This document shows, one piece after another, positions 44,097 through 53,353 of a DNA stretch of 64,000 nucleotides. How positions within the stretch are numbered: position 1 is the first letter of the stretch; each line of letters starts with the position of its first letter. Source of the stretch: Minisyncoccota bacterium (GTDB taxonomy: Bacteria > Patescibacteriota > Minisyncoccia > Phycocordibacterales > UBA1006); contig JAQVEZ010000002.1 of NCBI GenBank assembly GCA_028697455.1, forward strand, positions 89,921-153,920. Direction: 5' to 3'. The translations under genes and the position numbers were made by a program. The notes under the pieces were generated by a model that was given only the letters and a program-made list of their open reading frames with translations, ran no database searches and was not told the DNA's origin.

Positions 44097-45542
44097 ATGA
44101 CTAAATCTTTTTTAAAACAATATATTACAACAACACTTCCGTACGTAAATTCAGATCCCCATGTTGGGTTTGCTCTTGAACTCGTACGTGCTGATGTCCT
44201 TTCTCGCTACTACTCACTCAATGGCTATGATGTTTTTTTTAACACGGGAACCGATGAACACGGGCTTAAAATTTGGGAACGAGCTAAAAATAACAACATC
44301 CCTGTCCAAGAGTATGTTGACCAATATGCAAAGAAATTTCAGGAACTCATCCTGCTCCTCAATATTTCAGAATCAATTCATTTTATTCGTACAACCGATA
44401 AAAATCATATTCAAGCAGCTCAAACTTTTTGGAAGCGCTGTGATGAAAGAGGATTTATTTACAAAAAACAATATCAAACAAAATATTGTATGGGGTGTGA
44501 GCTCGAAAAAACTGATTCTGAGCTTGACCATGGTAAATGTCCTCTCCACCCAAGTCTTGAGCTTGTGTTAATTGATGAAGAAAATTATTTTTTTAAATTT
44601 TCTGCATGTCAGGATTTCCTTCTTGGTTTTTATAAGGAAAATTCAAATTTTGTAATTCCAAAAACACGTTTTCTTGAAATTCAAAAATTTGTTGAAAACG
44701 GATTACAAGATTTTTCAATTTCTCGTTTAAAAGAGAAGATGCCGTGGGGGATTCCTGTCCCAGGAGATGAAGAGCAGGTAATGTATGTTTGGTTTGACGC
44801 TTTGGTAAATTATATTTCAACTCTTGGATGGCCAGAAGATCTGGATACTTTTGAATCATATTGGACTGAAGGGAACCCTATTCAATACGCAGGAAAAGAT
44901 AACCTCAGACAACAAAGCGCCATGTGGCAAGCAATGCTTTACGCAGCAGGGCTTCCTCAATCAAAGCAAATTATCATTAATGGATTCATTACTTCGGGCG
45001 GGCAAAAGATGTCAAAATCACTTGGTAACGTTATCGATCCGTTGAAACTGGTTGAGGAATATGGGGCTGATGCTTTAAGGTACTATCTCCTACGACACGT
45101 TCAATCCTTTGAGGATTCTGACATGACTCTCGAAAAATTTCATGAAGCATATAATGCACATCTTGCAAATGGCATAGGAAATCTTGTTCAAAGAGTGATG
45201 AAAATGGTAACTTCTTATGACGTTGATATCTCTGAGGTTAATTTCAAGGACCCTGTGCTTGCTTATAATCGTGAATATATTGAACAATTTGATTTTAGTA
45301 AAGCCCTTGATGATATTTGGCGACTTATCGCAGAGGTTGATCAATTTATTGCTGAGCATAAACCTTTTTCAAAAATTAAAGAAAACCCCGAAGGAGCCCA
45401 TGATGATTTACGCTACTGCGTTCGTGAATTATCAAGAATTGCTATAAGTTTATATCCATTTCTTCCTGAGACAGCAGAGAAAATTCAAGAATATATTACT
45501 GAAAAGAAAGTTTCTGAAATTCCCCTTTTCCCAAGAAAATAA
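44097..45542 (+). CDS. metG: Methionyl-tRNA synthetase (short form) with a variant HVGF in place of HIGH
   Basis: PYVNSDPHVGF aligns to PYANGSIHLGH. KMSKS is present, and the zinc knuckle reads CMGCE…CPLH. Confidence 0.88.
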   Translation: MTKSFLKQYITTTLPYVNSDPHVGFALELVRADVLSRYYSLNGYDVFFNTGTDEHGLKIWERAKNNNIPVQEYVDQYAKKFQELILLLNISESIHFIRTTDKNHIQAAQTFWKRCDERGFIYKKQYQTKYCMGCELEKTDSELDHGKCPLHPSLELVLIDEENYFFKFSACQDFLLGFYKENSNFVIPKTRFLEIQKFVENGLQDFSISRLKEKMPWGIPVPGDEEQVMYVWFDALVNYISTLGWPEDLDTFESYWTEGNPIQYAGKDNLRQQSAMWQAMLYAAGLPQSKQIIINGFITSGGQKMSKSLGNVIDPLKLVEEYGADALRYYLLRHVQSFEDSDMTLEKFHEAYNAHLANGIGNLVQRVMKMVTSYDVDISEVNFKDPVLAYNREYIEQFDFSKALDDIWRLIAEVDQFIAEHKPFSKIKENPEGAHDDLRYCVRELSRIAISLYPFLPETAEKIQEYITEKKVSEIPLFPRK

Positions 45543-45561
45543 AAAGAGGTTTTACCTCTTT

Positions 45562-46824
45562 TTATTTTAGGTTTCTTGTTTTCGTTTCGATATGAATCAT
45601 TTTTTCAAGCTTTCGTTTATCTTCAATAAATTGTTCTTTGTTTGTGTTGAAAAGGGTAACCTTGAGTACGGAAGAACCACCATTCTTTGCATAAAGAGAT
45701 TTTCCACCCTTTTTAAGATGCTGGATACTTTCAAGGTAGCTTGTGAGTTTTTTTACTTTTTTAACTCCCTTGATCCCTTTAATAAAACCTTCTTTTTTCG
45801 GGTAAAAATAAATTGTTGAAAGATAGCCGAGAACCTTTTCTTTTATAACAGGTTTTTTATTTGGCATTCGAATGAGAAGATCATTGAGCGTGTGGTTGAT
45901 CCCATAACATTTTTCATAAAGGGTTTCTCTGTTTCCCCCCATACGAGGACCAATTTCAATAATTTTCCAGTCACCGTTTTCAGTAATAACGAGTTCGATG
46001 TGGGTTGTTGTATTTCGTAAACCAAGAGCGTGGACTCCTTTTGTTGCAACAATTTGAGCTTTTGCTATCTTTTCTTTTGAAAGTTTTGCTGGTGCAAGGC
46101 GTTCATAGAGGAAAAAATCATCAAAACCTTTTTGTGCACTTGTTTTATATTTTACAAAAGGAGTAAAAGATATTTCTCCTAAATTATTAACATAAGCATC
46201 AACTGAATAGATTGTTCCTTCGAGGAGTTCTTCTACGAGAACAGCGGGAGTTCCTCTACCTTTTTGCTCTCTATATACAGAGGAGATTTTCTTTTTCATT
46301 TTTTTTAAGATTTCCTCAAGCTCTTCGGGATAATGAGCTGATTGAATGAGGAGACTTGCTGCAAGTCCAGAAGGTTTAACAATGACAGGGAATTGAAGGT
46401 TTTTCATGATTGACTTAACGTCAAAATCTTCATCGAGGTTTTTAATAATTTTAAATTTTGGGGTTATTGAAGGGTCACTTTTTCTGAAAGCCTTTCTCAT
46501 AAGTGTTTTTTCAGTTGATTTTTGTAAAGCATCAACACTTGGAACAAGAACATTTTCAGGAAGGAAGGGAATAATTTTTTGAAAAAGAGGAATATTTTTT
46601 TCTCCGCGAGCGGAAACACAAAGAATGTCTTTCCCATTCGCATCTACCCATTTTTTAAGAGAGCTTTCATCTGAAAAATCGAGATAGACAGTTTCTTTTT
46701 TGGCGATACTTTCTGGTTCTTGGAGAAGAACAATTTCCCACTTCTTATTTTTTTCAGAAATATATTCTCTTATTCTCTCAAGGGAAGAATCACTAACTCC
46801 CCCAATATAAACAATTTTTTTCAT
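45562..46824 (-). CDS. ATP-grasp domain ligase, hypothetical
   Basis: The central region has an ATP-grasp pattern (VIVKPSGLAASL…, EELLEG…YSVDAY, IEIGPRMGG). Confidence 0.55.
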   Translation of the reverse strand: MKKIVYIGGVSDSSLERIREYISEKNKKWEIVLLQEPESIAKKETVYLDFSDESSLKKWVDANGKDILCVSARGEKNIPLFQKIIPFLPENVLVPSVDALQKSTEKTLMRKAFRKSDPSITPKFKIIKNLDEDFDVKSIMKNLQFPVIVKPSGLAASLLIQSAHYPEELEEILKKMKKKISSVYREQKGRGTPAVLVEELLEGTIYSVDAYVNNLGEISFTPFVKYKTSAQKGFDDFFLYERLAPAKLSKEKIAKAQIVATKGVHALGLRNTTTHIELVITENGDWKIIEIGPRMGGNRETLYEKCYGINHTLNDLLIRMPNKKPVIKEKVLGYLSTIYFYPKKEGFIKGIKGVKKVKKLTSYLESIQHLKKGGKSLYAKNGGSSVLKVTLFNTNKEQFIEDKRKLEKMIHIETKTRNLK

Positions 46825-46917
46825 AATAATATACTGAATAGGCTTAAGATACAGGAATTATACACAAAAAAGGATTTTTTACTATACTTTTCACACTGTT
46901 CCGAGTACACTAAAGAT

Positions 46918-47730
46918 ATGAAATTCATAGACACACATGCGCATCTTAACTTTCAAGATTTTCAAGGAGAAGAGGAATCTCTTCAGGAAAAACTCAGCAG
47001 TAACGAGATCACGGTCATTAATGTTGGTATTGATAAATTTTCATCAGGACAGGTGGTAGAACTTGCTCAAAAATATGAAAACTATTTTGCTATTATTGGG
47101 CTTCACCCTATTTCAACGGTTATTACTCGAGAAGATGATTATATTCTTGGAGAAACCTTTGGGTATGAGTTTTTTAAAATGCTAATTCTCACCAACAAGA
47201 AAATTGTTGGAATCGGAGAGTGTGGTTTTGATTACGTGCATAACCCACGAAGCTCACAAGAGGTTCAAGAAAAAGCTTTTCGTGCCCAAATTGAGCTTGC
47301 TCTTGAGATGGATCTTCCGCTGATGCTACACCTCAGACCTTCTCAAAATACGTATGATGCTTATGAGGAGGCTCTTGTTATTCTTCGAGAGTATAAAGAA
47401 CGCAACCCCAACCTTCGTGGGCAAGCACACTTTTTTTCCGGAACAGAAAAAATTGCGCAAGAGTTTATAGAGCTTGGTTTTTATATTTCTTTTACTGGGG
47501 TAATTACCTTTGCCCCATATGACGAGCTTGTTGCTTCAATTCCTATGAACCGCATTCTTTCCGAAACGGATTCCCCTTACGCCGCACCCGTACCTCACCG
47601 AGGGAAGAGAAATGAATCAAGTTATGTTGTTGAGGTTGTTAACAAAATGGCAGAGATTTATCAGGTGCCAATAGATACAATGTCACAGCAAATTATTCAA
47701 AATGCTAAAAAGCTTTATCGACTGGGATAG
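46918..47730 (+). CDS. tatD: TatD-family metal-dependent DNase
   Basis: MKFIDTHAHLNF N-terminus, GECGFDY, and LHLR. The ORF-track start at 46720 overlaps the convergent ATP-grasp gene, so the Met at 46918 is preferred. Confidence 0.85.
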   Translation: MKFIDTHAHLNFQDFQGEEESLQEKLSSNEITVINVGIDKFSSGQVVELAQKYENYFAIIGLHPISTVITREDDYILGETFGYEFFKMLILTNKKIVGIGECGFDYVHNPRSSQEVQEKAFRAQIELALEMDLPLMLHLRPSQNTYDAYEEALVILREYKERNPNLRGQAHFFSGTEKIAQEFIELGFYISFTGVITFAPYDELVASIPMNRILSETDSPYAAPVPHRGKRNESSYVVEVVNKMAEIYQVPIDTMSQQIIQNAKKLYRLG

Positions 47731-47777
47731 ACTTTTTATAAAGAATCTTTTATACTACTTCAAAATTATTCTTTCTT

Positions 47778-48056
47778 ATGAATGTATTGCTGAGTGGTTT
47801 AGTGTTAGGACTTTTTTCTCTTTTTCTATGGAAACAAAGCATGAGTTCTCCAAAAAACCTTAATGTCTATCTCTCGATGAAAACGTCAGCCTTGGTTCCT
47901 GAAGAGCTCATTTTGACTTTCCCGATTGAGTTACAAAAGACACGCTCTCCAAAGAAAAGACAGAAGAAAAATTTTTTTTCTCGAAAACCTTTTCAAAAGC
48001 CTGTAGTTGTACAAAGCGTTTCGCCACGATACGTTATCAAACAGCCTCGTAGTTAG
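47778..48056 (+). CDS. Small membrane-anchored hypothetical protein
   Basis: 92 aa with an N-terminal TM segment and a basic tail. A terminator follows at about 48075-48105. Confidence 0.35.
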   Translation: MNVLLSGLVLGLFSLFLWKQSMSSPKNLNVYLSMKTSALVPEELILTFPIELQKTRSPKKRQKKNFFSRKPFQKPVVVQSVSPRYVIKQPRS

Positions 48057-48147
48057 CAGAAAAGAAAAACCCTTAAACATCCCGTCTTCTGATGGGATTT
48101 TTTTTCACTCTGTACATTTTCCAAAAAATCGGTAATATGCTCTTTGT

Positions 48148-48882
48148 ATGAATGAGAAAAATACAGCAGGTTCTCAAGAAGGTGTTTATTCACCTGAGCC
48201 ACGCGTTTACGAATTAGGGTATATCCTTAGCTCAGATGTAAACGAAGGGAACCTTGGAGAAGAGCGAGATGCTCTTGTGGCTCTTATTACTAATTACAAA
48301 GGAATTGTTATTTCAGAAGGACAGCCAGAACTCATTGATCTAGCATATCCAATGTCAAAAGTTATTAATAACAAACGAAAAACCTTTTCACAAGGGTATT
48401 TTGGCTGGATAAAGTTTGATATTATTCCAGATGTTATTAACAAATTTGAAGAAGAGGTAGACGAAAGAACCTCTCTTTTGCGAAAACTTCTTATTAAAAC
48501 GGTCCGAGAAAATACTATTTTTTCAGAACAACCTTACAAGCTTTCAAAATCTTCATCACATAACGAAGAAGGCGATTCAGGATTTTCGTCAGAAGAAGTC
48601 AGTGGTACTTCTCACGAAGACGAGGGGGGAGAAGGAGACGATCTCACCAAGATAGAAGGAATTGGTCCTGTTATTGCTGGGATTCTTAACCAAAATGGAA
48701 TTCACAGTTTCCAAGACCTTTCGTCTTCAAAGGTTGGAGATTTGAGAAATATTCTTAAAGAAAACGAACTTTCTCAACATGACCCTAAGACATGGTCAAA
48801 GCAAGCAACTCTTGCTAAAAATGGAAAATGGGACGAGCTCAAAGTTCTCCAAGATGAACTTATTGGAGGAAGAGAGGCGTAA
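48148..48882 (+). CDS. rpsF: 30S ribosomal protein S6 with a C-terminal helix-hairpin-helix extension
   Basis: S6 core YELGYILSS…KGIVISEGQPELIDLAYPM…GWIKFDI. The extension contains IEGIGPVIAGILNQNGIHSFQDL. This is the first gene of the conserved rpsF-ssb-rpsR order. Confidence 0.85.
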   Translation: MNEKNTAGSQEGVYSPEPRVYELGYILSSDVNEGNLGEERDALVALITNYKGIVISEGQPELIDLAYPMSKVINNKRKTFSQGYFGWIKFDIIPDVINKFEEEVDERTSLLRKLLIKTVRENTIFSEQPYKLSKSSSHNEEGDSGFSSEEVSGTSHEDEGGEGDDLTKIEGIGPVIAGILNQNGIHSFQDLSSSKVGDLRNILKENELSQHDPKTWSKQATLAKNGKWDELKVLQDELIGGREA

Positions 48883-48931
48883 TCCGTGTTATACTAGAAA
48901 GGTAATTATTCATTAATCTCTTAACTAATAT

Positions 48932-49384
48932 ATGTACTTAAACAAAGCTGTTGTTATTGGGAATCTTACCCGAGACCCAGAACTTAAAAGTCTTCCGTCT
49001 GGAATTAAGGTAACAAGTTTTTCTGTTGCCACTAATCGAGTATGGAAAGACCAAGCAGGACAAAAACAAGAAGCCGTTGATTATCATAACGTTGTTGTTT
49101 TTGGTCGTCAGGCAGAAACAGCCGCACAATATCTTTCAAAGGGATCACAAGTTCTCATCGAAGGAAGAATGCAGACACGCTCTTGGGATGATGCTGGTTC
49201 TGGTAAAAAAATGTACCGAACTGAAATTGTTGCCGATAAAGTACAGTTTGGAAACAGGGGAGGAGGAATGTCTGCTCCGCGGGAAGAAAACCCACAGGGA
49301 GCACCAGAAGCCCCTGAAGCCCCAGATTTTGATGGAATTGACTACCCAGAAGAAGAGATTAATCCAGACGATATTCCTTTCTAA
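48932..49384 (+). CDS. ssb: Single-stranded DNA-binding protein
   Basis: OB fold [16 protein letters not shown] and the acidic C-terminal tip DDIPF. Confidence 0.92.
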   Translation: MYLNKAVVIGNLTRDPELKSLPSGIKVTSFSVATNRVWKDQAGQKQEAVDYHNVVVFGRQAETAAQYLSKGSQVLIEGRMQTRSWDDAGSGKKMYRTEIVADKVQFGNRGGGMSAPREENPQGAPEAPEAPDFDGIDYPEEEINPDDIPF

Positions 49385-49425
49385 TACAGTTTTTATTAAA
49401 AATTAGTTTACTTGATATTTATTTT

Positions 49426-49629
49426 ATGAAACAGAATTGTTTTTTTAAACAAAACGGTATTAAACATATCGACTACAAAGACGCTGAACTTTTGAAAAAA
49501 TTCCTCACTCCTAATGCTCGAATTATGGGAAGAAAACGAACAGGAACATCAGCAAAGATGCAACGACAATTAGCCCTTGCTATCAAACGAGCACGATTTA
49601 TGGGACTACTCCCTTATATCCGATCATAA
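49426..49629 (+). CDS. rpsR: 30S ribosomal protein S18
   Basis: [50 protein letters not shown]. Confidence 0.92.
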   Translation: MKQNCFFKQNGIKHIDYKDAELLKKFLTPNARIMGRKRTGTSAKMQRQLALAIKRARFMGLLPYIRS

Positions 49630-49655
49630 AAAAATACCTCAAAAGAGGTATTTTT

Positions 49656-50240
49656 TTATGCTTTTGAAACTCGTTCGGTATAAGAACCCGTTTCAGTATT
49701 AAGAGCAATAACGTCTCCCGTGTTAATAAAGAGAGGAACGGTTATTTTATATCCGGTTGAGAGCGTTACTAATTTGTCTCCGCCCGTTGCAGTATTTCCT
49801 TTGATAGATGGGGGGGCCTCAACAACCTCAAGCTCAACGCGAATAGGAAGTTTGAGCCCAATAATTTTTTCCTCACCCTCATCATTGGTAAAGACGATGG
49901 CTTCAATGGTATCTTTTTCCTTAATAAAATTGAAGGCATTTCCAACAACTTCTTCAGTCAAAGCAAAACGGTCACGAGGATTTCCTTCTGGGTGAAAATA
50001 AAATTCTGGTCCTTTTCGGTAAATATACGAAATATTTTTTCGTGACATATCTGCTTCTTCGGCAGTATCAGATGATTGGAAAGTATACTCAATGACTCTT
50101 CCTGATATGAGCGATTTGAGCTTAGTTTTATTTACTGGTTTTCGTTGTTGCTGTCGAGAAACCTGTGAATCAACAACCTCAAAAGGCTCATTGTTAAGGA
50201 TAATATATTTTCTTTCTTTGATTTCGTTATAATTTAACAT
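49656..50240 (-). CDS. efp: Elongation factor P
   Basis: 194 aa with a three-OB-domain pattern and the KPVNKTKLKSLISGRV loop region. Confidence 0.9.
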   Translation of the reverse strand: MLNYNEIKERKYIILNNEPFEVVDSQVSRQQQRKPVNKTKLKSLISGRVIEYTFQSSDTAEEADMSRKNISYIYRKGPEFYFHPEGNPRDRFALTEEVVGNAFNFIKEKDTIEAIVFTNDEGEEKIIGLKLPIRVELEVVEAPPSIKGNTATGGDKLVTLSTGYKITVPLFINTGDVIALNTETGSYTERVSKA

Positions 50241-50289
50241 ACCTATTTATAGTAACGATAAGCCATTTTTCTGCAAGCCAAAACCCTTC

Positions 50290-50634
50290 CTAAGAAGGGT
50301 TTTCAATTTCTTGCTTATATTCTTTTTCAATTCCTTTTTGTAATTGTTTGCGAGCTCTTTCGTAATCCCAGTCACTAAAAGTTTGGTGAGTCCAGAGAAA
50401 ATTAAAGATTCCAATAAGCACCGGAATAATAAATCTCTTTTCTTCAAAAGAGGAGATAAGCCCGATACAAACGAGAATGAGAAGGGTAAGGAAAATGTAA
50501 TTGGCACGCCAGATGAAGGCTCTCTTCTTTCTTGAGGAAAAGAGAACATAGACTGAATTTGAAAAGAAAAATAATACTGAAATAACAAGAACGGTCCAAA
50601 ACAAGATACTCGGGATAAGGACTATAAATTTCAT
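50290..50634 (-). CDS. Small membrane protein, hypothetical
   Basis: 114 aa with 3 TM segments. An overlapping alternative frame at 50247-50588 is less membrane-like. Confidence 0.4.
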   Translation of the reverse strand: MKFIVLIPSILFWTVLVISVLFFFSNSVYVLFSSRKKRAFIWRANYIFLTLLILVCIGLISSFEEKRFIIPVLIGIFNFLWTHQTFSDWDYERARKQLQKGIEKEYKQEIENPS

Positions 50635-50657
50635 TGCATAAGGTTCTTTTGTTTATT

Positions 50658-52391
50658 TTAACCTTTTTCAAGATAATCAACAATACGAATACGAAGTTCT
50701 TTTTTTCCCATAAAATAAGATTGTTCAATGTGTCCAAGAATGAGTCCTCCGACGCCAAGCTCAGGAACAAAGGAGAAATCTTCTTTTTCACGGAAGAATG
50801 AAATGGCTCGTAATGATGTATTCCCGTTTTTGAAAGAAAGTTCAAAATGCTCAGAACCTTTTCCAAATTGTTTTACCGACGTGGGAATAATTCCCTTAAA
50901 GAGGAAAAGAGGTTTCTCGTTCCCAGCGCCAAAGGGACCAAGTTTTTGTATTTCTTTATAAAGAGATTCGTTTATTTCATGAAGTTCAATAACATCATCA
51001 TAGACAAAAGATTCTTCATCAGGAACCTCTTTTGTGGGGAAGTTTTTTAAAAGGCGTTCTTCGAGAAAATGAACTTCGTTTTTATCACAACTAAAACCAC
51101 CTGCCTCCTTATGCCCACCAAACTGAATAAAAGTTTCTTTTGGAGCACGTTCCATAATTTCAACAAGGTTGAATCCATTGTAGCTCCGGCAAGATCCTTT
51201 GACGACCCCATTTTCAAGGGACCAAACGAAAGCTGGTTTTTGGTATTTTTCTACGAGCTTTGAGGCAATGAGCCCAAGAATTCCGGCTTGCCAGTCAGGA
51301 CTTCCAACAACAATAATATCTTTGAGCTCTTTTTTCTCTACTTTTGCATAGGCTTGTTTTGACGTTTGAGCAACGAGTAATTTTCTTTTTTTGTTGAGAT
51401 CTTCGAGATGCTTAACACTGCTTTCGGCATCAACATCACTCTCCGCAAGAAAGACCGCAAGGGCATCCTCTGGTTTTCCCATACGAGAAGCAGCATTGAT
51501 TTTGGGAGCAATTCCAAAAGAAACGTCTTCCTCATTAAGGTGATTGAGAGAAGCCCCGCTTTTCCAGATGAGACTTTTGAGACCCTTTCGTTTTGTTTTT
51601 TGTATAACCTTGAGCCCAAAATAAGCAAAAATTCTATTTTCATTAAGGAGAGGAACCATATCAGAAATAGTTGCGATTCCTACCATATCCAAAAGCCATT
51701 TTTCCCAACCCTTTGAAATATGAAATTCCTTTCCGTAACGAATAAGAAACGCCTGCACAAGTTTAAAAGCAACGCCACTCCCTGCAAGCATGGGGTCAGG
51801 ATAGAAACATTCTTCTCGTTTTGGGTTTACAACGGCAAAAGCCTTTGGGAGAAATTCTTTGCCGTCTTTTGTTTCAGGAAGATGGTGATCGGTAATAATG
51901 AGATCGATATCATTGTTCGTGCACCAATCTGCTGCTTCATGTGCTGTGATGCCCACATCAACACTAATGATGAGAGGTTTTTTTTCGGAGGTAATTTTCT
52001 CAAGAGCTTCTTGGTGAATACCATAGCCTTCGTCATAACGATGGGGAATGTAAATCTCGTAATGAGGGTAGTGTATTTTTTTAAAAAGAGAAGAGAGAAT
52101 GATAGCCGCAGGAATTCCGTCAGCATCATAATCAGCATAAATAACAATGGACTCTTTATTTTGTATTGCTCGATAAAGTCTTTCTACAGCAAGAAGCATG
52201 TCTTTCATGAGGAAGGGGTCGTAATTTTTTTCAAATTGAGGATTTAAAAAATCCTCTGCGTCAGAAACACTGAGGATGTTTCTATTATAGAGAAGCTGTG
52301 CAAGGTGAGGTGAATATTTTTTGCGAAGCTCGTGTTGTTCTGGAATGCTCTCTTGTCGTTCAATCAGCGCCATATATATCAAGTATAACAT
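50658..52391 (-). CDS. recJ: Single-stranded-DNA-specific exonuclease RecJ
   Basis: DHH motifs IISVDVG and IITDHHLP, with a DHHA1 domain. Confidence 0.9.
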   Translation of the reverse strand: MLYLIYMALIERQESIPEQHELRKKYSPHLAQLLYNRNILSVSDAEDFLNPQFEKNYDPFLMKDMLLAVERLYRAIQNKESIVIYADYDADGIPAAIILSSLFKKIHYPHYEIYIPHRYDEGYGIHQEALEKITSEKKPLIISVDVGITAHEAADWCTNNDIDLIITDHHLPETKDGKEFLPKAFAVVNPKREECFYPDPMLAGSGVAFKLVQAFLIRYGKEFHISKGWEKWLLDMVGIATISDMVPLLNENRIFAYFGLKVIQKTKRKGLKSLIWKSGASLNHLNEEDVSFGIAPKINAASRMGKPEDALAVFLAESDVDAESSVKHLEDLNKKRKLLVAQTSKQAYAKVEKKELKDIIVVGSPDWQAGILGLIASKLVEKYQKPAFVWSLENGVVKGSCRSYNGFNLVEIMERAPKETFIQFGGHKEAGGFSCDKNEVHFLEERLLKNFPTKEVPDEESFVYDDVIELHEINESLYKEIQKLGPFGAGNEKPLFLFKGIIPTSVKQFGKGSEHFELSFKNGNTSLRAISFFREKEDFSFVPELGVGGLILGHIEQSYFMGKKELRIRIVDYLEKG

Positions 52392-52423
52392 AAATTTCCG
52401 TTTATTTTTGGTATACTTTTCTT

Positions 52424-52804
52424 ATGGAAAAAAGTATTTTTAAGAAAATTATTGATAAAGAGATCCCCGCACACATTCTCTATGAAGACGAGCATTTTTT
52501 AGTGTTTCTTGATAATAACCCAGAGGCTCTGGGACACAGCCTTGTGATTCCCAAAGAAGAAGTTCGTTGGGTTTGGGATACTGAGCATTATCAAGAATAC
52601 TGGAATCTCGTGAGAAAGATTGCAAAAACACTCCAAAGAGTATTCAAAACAGAATGGATTATTTCAAAGGTGGTAGGAGATGAGGTTCCTCACGCCCACG
52701 TGCATCTTTTTCCGGGAGGGATGACAAAAGATGGTACAGAAAAAGATTTTGAAACTATCGCCAAGGTAATAAAAAAAGAGCTTCACGAGGAAACCCTTTT
52801 GTGA
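52424..52804 (+). CDS. HIT-family (histidine triad) hydrolase
   Basis: HAHVHLFPG triad motif. Confidence 0.88.
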   Translation: MEKSIFKKIIDKEIPAHILYEDEHFLVFLDNNPEALGHSLVIPKEEVRWVWDTEHYQEYWNLVRKIAKTLQRVFKTEWIISKVVGDEVPHAHVHLFPGGMTKDGTEKDFETIAKVIKKELHEETLL

Positions 52805-52819
52805 GAGAAATAAAAAATT

Positions 52820-53335
52820 TTAATAAAAAGCTTTCTCTCTTTTCTTTTTCGTTGTAACAGTAAGTGCGTTATCAAGGTCTCGTGTTATTTCTTCCGTGAG
52901 CCTTGTGAGCCATTGGATGTTGTTAATTCTTTCACCGAGCTTCATTTGAAAATTTTTCTCTTGAATCTCTTCAAGGGCCTCGATGATGTAAATCATTTTT
53001 TTCATTGATGGATAAAAATGAATTTCATCACAGGTGACAGAACTCATTTCTTCTTTACTGAGTCCATTCTCCTTAAGAAGAATTAAAACTTCTTTACTTT
53101 TTTCTAAAAAGTTTTTTGTAAGAGTTTGATGACCCTTTTCAATTTTTTTTGGAGTATTTCCATTCAGAGTCACAGTGTTTTCCCCGATAAGAGGTGCAAC
53201 TTTTTGTTGTAAGAATTTTTGATATCGTACCGCCCCATCTTTAAACTCTTTGAAAATCTTTGAACGAAGAATCCAAAATACCGTTAAATAACTTTTCCTG
53301 TCCATATATAAAATTTTTAGTTTATTTTCTTCCAT
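52820..53335 (-). CDS. Hypothetical protein divergent from comEC
   Basis: The ORF track gives 52820-53425, but starting at the internal Met at 53335 avoids a 70-nt overlap with comEC. No motif recognised. Confidence 0.35.
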   Translation of the reverse strand: MEENKLKILYMDRKSYLTVFWILRSKIFKEFKDGAVRYQKFLQQKVAPLIGENTVTLNGNTPKKIEKGHQTLTKNFLEKSKEVLILLKENGLSKEEMSSVTCDEIHFYPSMKKMIYIIEALEEIQEKNFQMKLGERINNIQWLTRLTEEITRDLDNALTVTTKKKREKAFY

Positions 53336-53353
53336 ATTACAATAGAAAGGATT

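Noticed and set aside
49796-49802. G7 run as a second phase-variation tract
   Set aside because: It lies inside the efp coding sequence (the minus-strand codons GCC CCC CCA, in frame). It is short and is not in a promoter.
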